Positions 25,201 through 39,237 of a stretch of DNA of 64,000 nucleotides are shown here, one piece after another. The DNA is from Phoronis australis (taxonomy: Eukaryota > Animalia > Phoronida), in the NCBI GenBank assembly GCA_002633005.1, contig NMRA01000056.1, positions 133,165 through 197,164 on the forward strand, given 5' to 3'. A program made the position numbers and the translations under genes. Numbering within the stretch: position 1 is the stretch's first letter; the number at the start of each line of letters is the position of its first letter. The notes under the pieces are model-generated. The model had not been told where the DNA came from. It ran no database searches and worked only from the letters and a program-made list of their open reading frames with translations.

Positions 25201-27100
25201 TTACAGTTACGTACCATTCCCCTGGTCTGTTAAAACCAAGAAATTTCCAACTTCATCAAGTTCGTTCGATTGAATATGACAAACAAGCCTCTTTTGTTGG
25301 TACAAAATGCTGTGGTACTAAGTGAGTCAGAGCTTACATTCACACAAAGAAATCAGCAAGAGAAAGTTATGTCTGATTTCTCTGAAAGTTAACCAATTTT
25401 CTCCATTGGAAGTTTTTTTGGTGTATTTCATGCAAAACACGTCTTCTTCACGACCATTGTTGTTGATTGTCATTTAGAAAGAGTATTTTTAAATATCGGT
25501 GTCGGGTGTGCTGTTTGCAATAAAACTGCTGATTAGGTGAGCTTATTCAGATGAACACAAAGTGAGAGAGGTGGGGTATGTAAACATTGCCAACTTTCTC
25601 CCCTTGCTCTTGCTGTCAAACTGATAACAACACGGCTATATCCCGAGTGAAATCTGGATATTTTTACTCATTCCACAGCGCGGGTGCGTAACGAATTTAG
25701 AACTTTCCCTGCACTAATATTTATTTTTTTGCAGTTTCTCCGTGAAAGAAGGCCACTAAGATAGTGTGTAGTCTAACACAGTCATTATAGATATTTTGTT
25801 GTATCATAGTCCTGGAAATCTCATTTGTTTTAAGATTATTATTCAGGAATAAGGAATTCCAAAATGGGCAAAATTTTGTCCAAAAGAATAATTTAGCTCG
25901 TTGTGATATGTTTGAAGTCAATTATTGAGTGCTGCCTCAAGAAACGAGACATGTATAGGATGCTTGCGGAACTAAAACGTTTCAGCAACCACAACTTTGA
26001 ATTGGCACAATCTGCATAGTTGCCAACATTTCAAGTGAAAAAACGTACGTCTGTTTCTAGGATATGTTGCTGCAAGGTCAAAATGTCCGCTGCAACTGAC
26101 TGAAAGACATTATGCTGATGGCGTCTTAGTCGCCTGTGAAATGAAACGGCGAAATAAGAAGTAAATAGTCTGGAAAAGTGCAAAAATGTACAGCCACAAC
26201 AGCATAAGAAAGTCTGAAATTCCATCGCCTGTGTCAAAAATTACTTTCTGATGCTGTGGCACGATGCCCTGCATCGTGCCACAGCAGTGCAGCCACTACA
26301 AAAAACTGCACGTGGTATCCCCAAAAGCAAGACGGTTGTCAGCTACGCCTCAAATCTTACCCAGCTCATTAGTTGCTGCTTCAGCGTTTTCTCATTACTG
26401 GATGCTGACACGGCATTTTTGACGAAGTGTGGCTTTTGTGTCTAACAGTTAACTTTAATCCATGTGAGCTCCATGTATAACTTTGATACACATCCTGCAG
26501 ATATTTATTAATTTATCTGATTTAAGGTTCTACACCCACTGACTTCAAATTATTTGCTGTTAAGATTGCTGTCCTGCGTGCAGAAAATTGATAACAAGAG
26601 GCTCCTCTGTTTCACATTGACCTAAAACCATTTCACTGGTAACATTGTGGCCACATGGGCCATGTTACAGTTAGCTGGCTTGTAGGTCACTTTACATTTT
26701 ACCTACTGGATAAGTTTGATTGTTATATTTCTTCAACAGTTTCACTGAATTAGAAAACAGTTGATAATGCAGGTGTCTGCCAAAGCATTGCGGCTTACCG
26801 TTAATGCAGTTAGGTTCTGCGTTATGTATTTTACTGTTGTGCATAACATAGGTTTAACTGTTGAACTTACTGGTTTTATCGCACGTTTTAAAGGCTGTGT
26901 TATTTCTTATTATGATGTGTACATGCCCCTCATTCACGGTTAATGACTCAATAATTTGATGTAACTAAGCATGCTTTTTTACAGTATTTTTGCCCTGAAG
27001 TTGAAAGGTCGTTTTACTAATCATCAGTTGTTTCATCACCTCTTTGAAACCTGTCCTGAGAATTTCATCAAAATTCAGGCTGGGACTGTGATGGAAAAGA

Positions 27101-27250
27101 TGGACGTTCAGATGGGAAGGATGGGCCCTCAGATGGGAGGAGTGGACTTTGAGAAGGGAAGGATTGGCCCTCAGATGGGAGGAGTGGACTTTGAGATGGG
27201 AAGGATTGGCCCTCAAATGGGAGGAGTGGACTTTCAAATGGGAAGGATGG
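27101..27250 (+). repeat. 42-bp tandem repeat (~3.5 copies)
   Basis: Unit ATGGGAAGGATKGGCCCTCARATGGGAGGAGTGGACTTTSAR at 27112, 27154, 27196 and a partial copy at 27238. The ATGGGAA motif continues to about 27350. Confidence 0.9.
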
Positions 27251-28180
27251 TGCTGGAAAATGTGAAGGACAGAGGAGAACTGGGAAGAACAGAATGGGAA
27301 TGACGAACCAAAAATGGGAAAGATATACTTGCGAGAATTGTGATGGGAAGGGCCAGTTTGTGAATAAAGTGGCTTCTACAGCACACGCCATCCAAACTCT
27401 TTGTTTGAAATGGATGTCACCAACTCTGTCGAAGTATGGTAGAAACATTCATTTTCAGGTTCTGAATTTCTTTGATAGTCAAAACCTATTTTTCTAGCTT
27501 TTTGTGTTGCGTCTTTGTTAGTACTCCGATGACATCTTAACAATTGTGTCAATCGAAATTCGATCATGTTATCGATACCATTGTTTTGCTATGAGTTTTG
27601 CTGCCTTTTACTAAAAAGGCGTGGTCACGTGTTCCAATTTATAACAGATTGGTATAGAGTCAAATATCACTTCTACAGGCTGTTATCAAGTTAAAATCTA
27701 TAATTTTGTTGATATTTGGCTAAATACATTACGTAAGTCAACAAGGTCCTTCATAACCTTAACACTCACGTTGACTCTCCATACTCGGATGACTGACCCT
27801 TTTTTGAATTTTGAACAATATCATTTCAGAACGGGTATGATGTTCTCAGCTATCTGCCTTCCTTAGTTTTGGTTTTTTCAATTTTATAGCTCTTGGGATG
27901 TTTAGCTGATCGATTGCAGTATATGGTGTTGAGGTCTAGATACTACTGATACACGATTTCTTCAGCATATTGAAATTACTGAAAAGCAAATTCCAGTACT
28001 GGGAAGCGCTTTACCCCTGGGATTATTCTGCAGGACTTAATAAACTTTCCAGTTGCAACAGCAGTTCAATAACCTTTCAGCCAATCTCTAAAGTCTGCAG
28101 ATCAATGGTGTGTGGCCTCTCCTCAATATGCTCTCTTAGTGGAGTAGACATTCTATGTTGGCTTGTATCCTGGCTTGCCA

Positions 28181-28660
28181 AACCAGGGAATGTGCAAAAA
28201 TTGCACAGCACTTAATTTGTCCCGTTAATAATTAATTGACACAGCTAATAGTTAATTCATGTAATTTACTTACCTAATTTAATTATTTTAGTACAAGGGT
28301 CTGCCAGTGACAGTCAGCTGATGTTCAGGCTCAGATTTTAGCAAATTTCAATATCAATTTGTGTTACTCTTAATTTTACTTCAAAGATTTGAGTACAGAG
28401 ATTGATTGGATTAGCAAAAATTTGTTGTGCTTCTTTTTTAATGAAATAAAAGTATGAAAAGTTAATAATTCTCCCTATTGATTTATGCAGTAAAATTTAT
28501 TGGGTTACTAATTAATTTTTACTCTTAATAATTAATTGATCATGTCAATAATTAATTTTGAAGATTACTGATTGATGTCGTTAGGAATTGTTCAACCTGG
28601 GTAATTAATTTAAGCAATTAGTTTTTGCACGTAAGTTACCTGCATAAAGTTCCCAGGTTT
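28181..28660. mobile_element. Old AT-rich MITE-like element
   Basis: AAACCAGGGAA..GTGCAAAAA on the left and TTTTTGCAC...TTCCCAGGTTT on the right. Internal TTAATAATTAATTGA repeats. Confidence 0.45.
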
Positions 28661-31600
28661 GTCCATCTGTAGTATTGTGGTCAATGTCCAAGTCTCTGGT
28701 GTGGTTTTGTAAGATTGTCAATGCAGTTCTCAAGTTGGCTTGTGTTTTAGCAAATGAAACTGTATTGTGATGTGGTCTCTGAAATGACTTTCTCAGTGCT
28801 AATTACAACAGGTTAGCCAAAACAAAAATAACAGTGGAATGGCGTTTTGTCAAGATGAAGTTCTTTATCTTACAGTTGATACCAACTTTGTTTTCGCTCA
28901 CTGTTCAAGTCAGAAGTGATGATCACCTTATTTCAAAAAGTGAATTTTTTTTGCAAATGAATACCTGGCCATGTCTACTACATACTATAAAAAACTGACT
29001 TGGTACCGAAAAGTTTCTTAAAATTAAAACACAATATGACGGAACAGTGAAATTTGATTTTATCAAAATTTTGACGTAGAGCTCTGGCCCTGGACGACCA
29101 ATGTATTCTATAACCAGAGCTTTTCATCGCAAGACTAGACGGGACAGTTTAGACTGAGAATTTCCGGCTGTCTGCCGAATTCGGTTTTGATAATGTTGGG
29201 GTTATCAAGTCGAGCCTAATTTCAGTGCTTCATTTTCATTTTTACCTTTTTGTTCATCAAGCGAGACTCTTGAGCTACGTTCTAGACAAGCATCGATTTC
29301 CCTGGCAAAATTAGTCAACAAATTCGATAATTACGTCATCATTCTCCTGAGTCTTAGAACCACTTTCGACAACATATCAAACTACATGCTACCAGTTTTT
29401 CAACAAGATATTTTTGGGTGTTAAAAACTTTTGTTTCAGTATCGTACCTATAGAAGTGACATTTGGTTTAATATGAGAATTTTGTTTAGCAATTATCAAT
29501 GAAATGTTTAGCCCCTACTAGCAGGCGTGTTTACATGACTTTCAAAAAACCAGTGGTATTTACGTAGCTGAATTAGAGTTAGTATTTGCATCAATTATTA
29601 CTGTAATAATTCATATGTGCGATGTTTACCTGTTGCAGAGATATTTTTTGTCATGTAATTCGATTTCTGAGCAGTGAATGTTATCTGTAGTATTTACCTA
29701 TACTAGTCCTATAAAACAGAATTTAAAAAATGAAAAGATTACCTTGTAAAAATCCAATCCAATACTTTGTGTTTCTGACAGCGTACATTGTACTTGCCTT
29801 TGTTGTCCTGCTCTTGGCCGACTATTCCACTTTTTGAATTTTTCTGCCATCCCACCTTACCATCAAAATGTCCCACTTTTTGACACACGTCAACACTGAC
29901 ATATTATCATATACTACTGTAATTTCCCACGCATCATAGCTCTATTTTCCCGTTTGACTGGAGAGAAAAAACGGGACATTTCATGGGTTTTCAAGCACGC
30001 GCAACTTCCCATTCAACAAAACTGCCGTCAGGCGCTTTTATGTGTAAATTCTCCATTTGACAAAATTGCTGTCATAAGTTTTGGTGTTTTGCACCAAAGT
30101 TCATTTCACCCAAGGCTTGCATTTTGGCATAGACCCAGATTCCCCACTTTTTATCTGGAAGTCCCGCTTTTCAATCCAATTGTTCGTTTTTTTCATTCTC
30201 CAATGTTACAATAGGTGTACATTTGTCTCTTTATCATGAATGCTGTTATTTTCCAGAGTCCACTTTCTTTAGTAACATAACAATCCTAAAATGTGTTCCA
30301 ATGTAGTCTCTTGTTTGCGGTAATGCAAACTACATGTATCAGGATCACTAATCTTTCGTTTCTGAAGAAATGAATTTATTTACAAACTACCTATGGAAAT
30401 TCCTACATTGCAAATTAAGTTATGATCTATGCACAATAGATGTTTGCTCAGAAAGTCTTTGCAGGCAAATGTCGGATAGGTAGTTGGAGAAATTAGTTTA
30501 TCACATTTTTGTAAATGTCACTGCATCCTGAATATTTACTGGAGAATTGTATCAAGTGGCACCAAGGGTCTAATTAATATAAGTTTGGATGAATGCCCAA
30601 CTTCCTTCTTCCATATTCTAAATTCATTGTCTTGATAGAGTAGAAATCTTTCATGAATCATTGAAATTATTTTCCTACTGATTTAATTAGTCATTAGTCT
30701 TTCTGGTTCATTTCGTTTTTATGTTACTATTACCCCCCTATTATTTCTCGCATTTTGGTAACACTCTTGGTTTTTATAATTAAAAGAAGAATGTTTTTAA
30801 ACATATCAGATATGCAAAATAATGATCATTTATGAATTAAAGTATATATTGTTTGCTTCTGCTGTAATTATACACCATCTAGAAGGGATGAAGGGCTTTC
30901 AAGTGGTATGAAATATGCAATTTGGTTAAAAAATGGTGAAGGTGCGAAAAGTTTTAGTGACATTCGACTTCATAGGATTAACCAACACCGAACAAACCAA
31001 TGCAAACAAATGCCACCCATACCCATTGCGCAACCTCAGCAATGCGAGATAGAAGTTGGTATTCCACTCTGGGCTAGAGTACTGTGATTTTAACAAGAAG
31101 AAAATTTTACCCCATCATTTGAAAATTTTATATTATAGTACAACTGTCATCATAAACACATGATGAAATTTTGAATATTTTTGGCAGTACAATGAGTGCT
31201 TGAAAAAGGAAGAAAAATGAGACGGTTATAGTCGTTATTTTTGTTGGAATGAGAGGAAACTTTACCGTTGTTACTGTTGGTGATTTCAGCTCCTCATATT
31301 GACTGATAGGGCTAGCACTTTGATGAAATACAGTAACTCACTGCTGTTCAAAACAATCAAATATAATGTGAAGACAACTATAAGAAAAATAAAATTGTGC
31401 TCACGGGCGACATACACGTGGGAAGTGACCCTTGGTTAAGACTAATGCTGAAAGCCTAAGTTCAGTTATTTTTATCACGAAAATGTGTGTATTTTAATTG
31501 CTAACAGAACACAGGCATGCTTTTGTTTCGAAATTGCAGAAAAATATTGGGGAGTCATGTTCCAAGAAAGGTTAGGTGAGAAAGGCTGCAACATGCTGAT

Positions 31601-33174
31601 TAAACACAACTACGTCATCAGCTTTCAACCAAGGTGGACAGGTGTGGATTATCTGTTTCCATAGCAACACTTTCCTATAATTTCCTCTGTTTGGAAGTGT
31701 CCTTTACTGCTAATTATCACCTCACAAGAAACCTGATTCTATGTAGATCCTAATTACTTGGAAAATGTGTCGACTCATTTAGGTAATATTTTATAATCCC
31801 TGATGATATTTCATTTTTCAATATTGTTACTTGACCATAGGACATTTCATGTTGGCGAAATACTTGCGATCCCATGGTACAGGCCAAAAGCAATTGGATG
31901 TAAACTGTGAAGATCTGACTTTGTTGTAATGACTGCTGATTGCAGTTGGGATTGGCAGGTAGTTCAAAATCATTGTAGGTATCCGACTCAATCAGGAACA
32001 TTGTTGACCTGTGATTTCTCTATTACACAGTATGGCCAACATGTGGAATTCTACTTTTGTCAAATTTCTCCACAAAAATAAAGATTAAGGAAATTAAACT
32101 CTAATGCTAGCATGGTTTGTGCAATGTAGCAACATTTGGTAACTAAGATTTCCATTATTTGTAGCAAAGTAACCGGCCTTTGCAAAATGAAAAAGACATA
32201 CCTGAGTGCTAACAATGTTCTTGCAAACAATAGAGATGAGAGATGGTTCACGTACCTGATAAACTGGATTCACTGACTCACAAACACATACCACCAACCA
32301 GCCGAGATGGTACACGCACGCGAGTCAGTGAGCAATGGTTGTGAGCCTATTATGAACTATAAATATTTGTTTGTAGATACCTATTTTATTAGAGCGAAAC
32401 AACACCTGAATTTTTTAGGTGTCCACAAAAATTTTTTTGGTTTCAAACAGCCGACAACTTTTTTGTCATCCATCTGTCATCCCTCGATATCTTTGTTGTT
32501 TGTCAATAATCTAAAATGCATGATGGATTGTGATGAACTTTGGCACAAAATTATTTGCCAAAAGACCCCTAGCACCAATCTAGTTTTGGAATATTGGCAT
32601 TGCCAATTAAGTTTTCTGCAAGACATTCGTCATTCATATTTGAGAAAAACGAGACCAATTTAGCCCGAACTTTTAACAGAGGTAGTTGACAGTAATGCTC
32701 CAATACCAGTCGATTCATGGACGGATTCAACTACTGGGGCACCCCTGTTGGACAGTTTTTGATGAGACATTTTCATGAATTCTGATGAGATTTGTGGTGG
32801 GAACAGGCCATCACCAGCCGCTTTTCAAAAAATCAAGTACTTTGGCACTTCCTATTGGAAATTTAAATTTTTGGCAAGATTTTCTTTGTTGTTTATTGTC
32901 ATAAAGACTTTTCAAATTTTAATGAAACATGCCACATGGGTTTATAAAGGGGATGTGCCAGCGTCGATTGATTTTTGGACAGATATGACTGCTGTGGCGG
33001 ACCGTTATGGCCATTTTACAAAATATTGCTTGTCCATGAATTATTGTCAGTATGGCGCGATAAATTTTGGTGATACTTGGTGTGGTTGATTTCGCAGGTT
33101 TGATTGCAGTAGCACCCTCTGTTGGCCATTTTAGTTTATTACTGAGAGCAGCAGCACCAGTTGATTTTCCTCAA

Positions 33175-33610
33175 AGTGGGGGGGTGTGAGTTCTCTCTGA
33201 AAATGGAGAGGGTGTGCCGCTGAGTTGTCAAAATTCAGGCCAGGCAATTAACGACAAAATACCCACCCCAGACAATATCTAGACTAAAATACATACCCGA
33301 GACAGTACCTGCTAGAGACGATACATAGACTAAAATACATACATGAGACAATACCAAATTTGTGAATACCTTCCACCTCTTGAATAATGAATATTTGGAT
33401 AGACAATAACTTGCATGAAGCGTGTCCAAGGACTCAGGGAGCCTAGCAGTGACATAGCAGAGGTCATCTCAAGTGTAGGGAGAAAACATATCCCAGACAC
33501 CTACTTGACACAATACCTCAAGCCAAATTACCTACCCCGGGCAGTCCCTGAGAGGGCCATATTTCACCCGAGTTGGCGACACATCCCGTAACTCACCCAT
33601 TCTATGGGAA
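33175..33610. mobile_element. Degraded MITE of the GGGGGG...GGGTGTGCCGC / GGCGACACATCCC class
   Basis: G-run start, GAGGGTGTGCCGC subterminal motif, internal ATACCCA/CTAGAC repeats, inverse motif near 33575. Same class as 58322. Confidence 0.4.
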
Positions 33611-36600
33611 AAACAAACCGGGTGATTTTCAGCTTTGGTATAGTCGTCTAATTAGTCTAATCATAGTACTTGATGCTACACTATGGTCGTTGGTACATTT
33701 CATCCTTTTGCATTGCTCTTGTTAAAACTGGAAGGCAGGTTTAAGCTGCTTTGTCATGATAGTAGTAGTCCGGACTAGTTTACGGTTTGAACATATGTTC
33801 AATTATCAAAACAAATTACTGTTTTTACCAACAGACCCGAGACTCGAAATTTTGTTGTTAGTGAATGCGAGAAAGTGTTCACTAAAAGCGTTGTGTTATC
33901 TGAGTGGTTAATAACTGTGGAGTAACCAGGATGCTGGTCTTAATTTATTTTTTTTTCAAATAAGTTTGATCGAAAGGATCCTAACCGACCTTAATGTTTG
34001 CCGCAAATTCGCAATTTGTCAGCCATAATAGACTGAACTTGTAACAAAATACGAACTTGGTGAGAGTTTTTGTCTCAGTTCCTGAATATAGCGAACATTT
34101 TTCATCACCCTTAATTTGCAGATATTTTACAAGAGTGCACTTCAGTGTATTCATGAGACCAACACAAATGCATTTGGATTTGAAATTGATGGATGGCTAC
34201 CACGTACATTCAATATTTATCAAACTATTCTATGATATACAAGGCAAGCAAAATGAAAATGGGGGTAAGATTGCTGTAGGTGATTTTAGCGACCTGTTGT
34301 TAAAGTTATATGAACTATAAATTTCAAAATAGGTCAAACTTTTCAAATACTATGTTGGGAATCCCTTTTTAGCTATGATTTTCATTTCGAGTTCAACCAT
34401 AGGAAACTGACTGTAACCATGGGTGCCCATGAGAGTGAAATCTGAAATGTGAGGTCTAACTCGGTATCTCTCTGTATAAGTAATCTTCGTAAGCATAACG
34501 GCAGTGGCTCATAACTAATCGCCCATGAATTCATTATAAAATGTTTGAACATGATAAAATTGTCTTAAATGTTCTTTGTTATTAAACATTTTAGGATAGA
34601 GGAAAAAACTATTTAGTGTAAACCTGAGGCAGGTGCTGCTCTTATGTCACTGGAATAACTCCAGTTGGCTTGCATTCTAACTTTAGTACTGCCCAAAATT
34701 CTGGTCTAAATTACGTTCTGCTCTCACTACTTGCACACTTTGGTGGCGTTGTAAAAATGATTGTTGTGCATTGTTGTTTAGGACATGATGCCTCATTTTA
34801 GCATCAATTTTAACAACGCAAACATGAAAGTGCACGTAAACCAAACATGCAACACTATTGTAGTTTTGATATACCTGTTTTCAAGCAAAATGGCGAATTC
34901 GTGCATTGAATTTGGTTTAAAACTCTCATGGTTGGGAAATAGTGTTAGTCAGCCATTCTAAATACGTTGTACGGAAGTCTTTTTAGCGGGCCCTTGAAAT
35001 TACAACTGTTTCTTGAGAATGATTATTACTGTAACTAGTCACTTACTGAGCCTGATGCTCATTAATTTTATGGTCTTGCCAAGGCAAGTGTGAATTTATG
35101 ATTGGGTAGGCCAGTGAGATTTGCGGCCCCAGGCGAATGTTGCCTGAGATTACAGTGGATTCAAATAGTCATAGCATTATAATAAATCTTTACTTAGTTC
35201 CTCAAAAGTAATTGGCAAAATTATTACTTTTCTATTTTTTCAAAGGCCGATTACTTTAATCTAAATATTAGAAACTCTATTAAATGATGGTTTATGACAT
35301 CTGTACACTACAAACCAAACTAACAACAGACACAACTTTTTCTTAATATAAATTTTTGTTGAGAAAATTGACAAAATAAATTTTACTTGTCTGCAGTATT
35401 GTGTGTTAACCAGGTGAAGAATTAGGACATGGTAATTCTCCACTTCTTTCACATAAAATAAATTAACTATATTTCCTGATGATCAAGATGTGCCAAATAA
35501 ACTGAGCATACAGAATTTTTAGTTTACGGGTGTGTGAAAGTAACTGAATTACTAAGCCAACTGCCCTTTTACGAATTGAACTGAAATGTTGTCTGCGAAT
35601 CAGACGGGCGAAAATTCCCACCAACTTGCCGCAAGTGAAGTAAGTAAGGGACAAAATATTGCTTCAGAAAATAATTTTGGATGTACGAAATCAGAGTGAT
35701 GTGCAGAATAAATAAAGAGTTACCGTACTGCTCTGTCAGAAGTCCCCTCTCTTCATCTTCAGTGCATTTCATCAATGGTTAGCTCCATATATGAGTTTAG
35801 ATATAAATACAGTCTGACAATTAAAAAAGTCTAGTTGACCTTACATAAGGCTGTACTTTTGTGTTAATCTCACTATCTTGGTTTCAGTTCTGACAATAGC
35901 CTACCTAATGATCAAAAATTTGTGAAAGCATATTCAGACCTTATTGTTTACAAAAGTTGCAAGCCAATCTGGCAAAACCACAAACATTTTGTTATTTTGC
36001 TTATGTAAGAATATCTTGCCATTTGCAACTTCAACTGCTTCACAAAGGTCATTTTACCTTCCACAATTGCAGTTTTATATTGATAGCAGTGGCTTCTTTG
36101 ATTGACTAATTATTAAATTATTGTTGAAAGCTAATATTGCCATATTGATTTAAAGGTAGAATCACGTCAACCATGCGCACAATAATGTTGTTGTGTGCTT
36201 GTTAGATTAGGCTTTGGTTTGTTGTGGAAGCAGTCTAACAATACAAGCCAAAAGTATTTGGTCTGATTACTTTTGTCTTATACTGTTCATCCCACATACT
36301 ACTCCTTTAGTATTTTAAGAGCACTGGTGGAAGTGTCGTTAGCTTGACCCAGTTGCTATTTCTGGTGTGCAAGGTGGTTGGGTAGTAGCAGAACAAAACA
36401 CATTTTTCGAATTTGGAATTTCTGTGTGAATTGTTCATCCCACCACATAAAGGTAATGGTGAATTTTTAAAAAGCCCTCAGAAAACTCAGTGCATGAAAT
36501 CTGCATTCTAACTACAGGTTGAGTTTCATCATGTTGTGGCCGCTGATAGGAAAAAGAGGGGAAGATGTTAAATTTTGAATATCGGTGTGAATAAACTGTT

Positions 36601-36886
36601 AATGCCTAGCAATAGCTTTGTTTTTACAAAACAAAATTTTTTCCATGTTGTCTTGCTACAGAATATGTAAAAATTGAAAATCAGACCAGTTTTCGCGAAT
36701 TGCTGAGCTGGAATTTTTACATTTTCTGCTTTACTTGGGCCTATTTTGTCGAACTTTTACGTTGTGCTTGCGTTTAAACTGGAAAACAATTCATTTACAT
36801 TGTTCAGATGGTCATTGAATGAGAGCATGAATATTAATGTCAGTTTCAGTGTTTTGTTCTTGAAGCCTTGGTGTAATGGGAACACA

Positions 36887-36984
36887 ATGAAACGAAGCGT
36901 TGTCGAATTATCGATAGACGTTTCAGCAATCATATATGAAACGAAGCGTTGTCCAATTATCGATAGACGTTTCAGCAATCATAT
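36887..36984 (+). repeat. 49-bp tandem duplication (1 mismatch)
   Basis: ATGAAACGAAGCGTTGTCSAATTATCGATAGACGTTTCAGCAATCATAT at 36887 and 36936, with ATGA microhomology. Confidence 0.9.
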
Positions 36985-37282
36985 ATGATCACACGAGTCT
37001 CGCAAAACGTGTTCTTTGTTTTTGTATCGTAGCTGACAAGGTCTCAATAGAGGCATGTAAATAAATAAAAGAAAGCATATATGATGGAGAATAATACCAA
37101 TCTTTGTAAATGGCAGGCGAACTATTTTCCCTTAGCTTCAAACCCACTACTCAATATATTCGTTTGAGAATGCAAATGAACTGGATTGTCTGTTGTCATA
37201 CCCATAACTTCGATGTCGTTATTAACTGGGGAAGGTGACTGGAATTTTGGTAAACCGAAGTTCCCCTAATGGGAAAGCGCTT
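36985..37282 (+). mobile_element. Harbinger-type MITE family A, right half
   Basis: Shares CAAAACGTGTTCTTTGTT, GTAAATAAATAAAAGAAAGCATAT and the TAATGGGAAAGCGC terminus with 7530-7804. Confidence 0.75.
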
Positions 37283-39064
37283 TAAGAAAAGCGATATGAA
37301 ATAATTAGCAATAATTGATGGATGGGTCCCAATTTGTTAATATGTTACACTAACTGAATGGTCCTCAATTACACAGCCTCACTTGAACCTCGCAGTACCG
37401 TACTTACCCAGAATGCATCAACATCTATCTAGCCTCAGTTTCACACCATTAGAGTTTCTAGAACATTTTCCATTGCAAAGAAGAATTTGCGGCTTGTAAT
37501 GCAGGAGAATTTCGATGGCAGCCAAAAACCTAAAATAAATTAGTGAACTTAATCTAATAAAACAATCGGAAGGGGGATTTGTTCTTCTTTTATTAAATTA
37601 ATTAACCACTAGTGGTAATTGAATTTCTGTCCACCGAATCTGAGTCGGGACCAAGGTGAAGTTGCTTTCGCCCTCTCATTATTCTGGAGAGTGCCAATAG
37701 GAAGTCTGTTATTAGTAGATAAGGTGTCTTTTCCAACTGGGGAACACTATGTGCATTGTGAGCTGGGTGTGTATTGCTAAACATGAACACAAATTTCCAT
37801 AGTTAACCTAAGGTCTGTTTGTTACATAATTCTGTAAAGAAATACTGGTTCACTGACCATCAGCCCTGATTATACAGAGATCTACATCAGTGGATTAAAC
37901 TGAGCATGTCAACATCAATTAGCCAATAAGAAGCTAAAGAGAGATGTGTTATGTGGATTCAATTACCATGGCTTTAACAGGTAGTCCTTCATTTTTTCAC
38001 AACTGAAAATGCTTCTGGTCGGTTGCATAAAGTTCATCAAAGTTTCTGTGGTAAGAGAAATAACTAAGAACTACAGTGAACCATAGCAACTAATCTCTTT
38101 TTAAGTCATGTTGTGTGGAACAGACTATGTAAACAGATTCCTTGGTGTTGTTGACTAATTTTAAGAATTCGTAACAATGAAAGAGCTCACGAATTTAAAA
38201 AACTATTTTGATGAACCTTTTTATAAGAAATGGAGTTCAGATGTAACCCACCATTTCTGTGTTAAGTGTGTATTTTTATTTCTGTATCTTGTCACTACCA
38301 CATGTTGTTTATCTAGTTTGGTTTCTGGCTGAAAGGTGGCAGCACTATCTAATAGCCTTCATTTTTTATGTTTAAGATTTTTAGCTTGTAATGTTATGAA
38401 GGATATAATTCTGTGGTTATCATAGTAGAATTCATCAAAGAGTATTAATGTAAATTTTATTGTAAGTGTTAATTGAATAAAACAGTCTTCAATTCGAGAC
38501 TCAAAATTGCCATTTTTCTAGTTTTCAAGGCTGAGTTCTTTGCTGTAGGTGCTCATTGCTAGGTGACTGCTTAGCAGAACAAGTCAAACTGACAAAAAAT
38601 ATTTTTGAAAGTTACTTTCTTGTAAAAACTTGACAAAAAGAAATTCTCATCCACCAGTGTCATGTCCCAAACTGAAAAATTTTGACTGACTAAAACTTAA
38701 AACATTTAGACTTTCACCACTCAATTCTTATACCATGTCCAAGGGTTTACCTCAAAAATCCTCAGAAGCCTTTTAAGTAAGGCCTTGGATGTGGTGTAAG
38801 AATTGTGTAATCTAATCATGCAGAGATCCAGATGAGCCTGTTTGGTGTTTTAGGCTTTGAGTTGTTGAGTTTCTATTGAATTTGGCAGACAGCTGTTGAA
38901 GGTTCTGTAATTTCTACTCATTGTGAACATGTTCACTTGATTGAACAATGAAAACACACCAATAGTCATCTGAGTTAAGACTGTTCAGCTTACATCTGCA
39001 AAACTGTATATTTTAGCTGCAAGTAGAAATCCTGTAGAATTTGATATTTGGCTTTTTACCAACA

Positions 39065-39237
39065 TTTTATGGCCTCTTGTGCAAACGTGGAACATTTTAA
39101 AAACCAGTCCTTCCACGCTTTTGCAGGACAGTACTTAAAGCATAGTATCTGACAGTTTCATATGAATCCGATCAGCCAGAAATTTGATGTTCCGAAGCTG
39201 GCCAAATTTGGACATTTTTCTACGGTCCTTCATAACC
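39065..39237. repeat. Dispersed repeat; inverted copy at 50315-50487 and a fragment at ~5050-5090
   Basis: CCAAATTTGGACATTTTTCTA.G..CCT.CATAAC core plus ~170 bp of colinear similarity. Confidence 0.8.

Noticed and set aside
24800-25273. 157-aa ORF / coding-like stretch
   Set aside because: It has a non-ATG start and I recognised no motif in the frames I translated on either strand. Possibly old transposon coding sequence, but unassignable.
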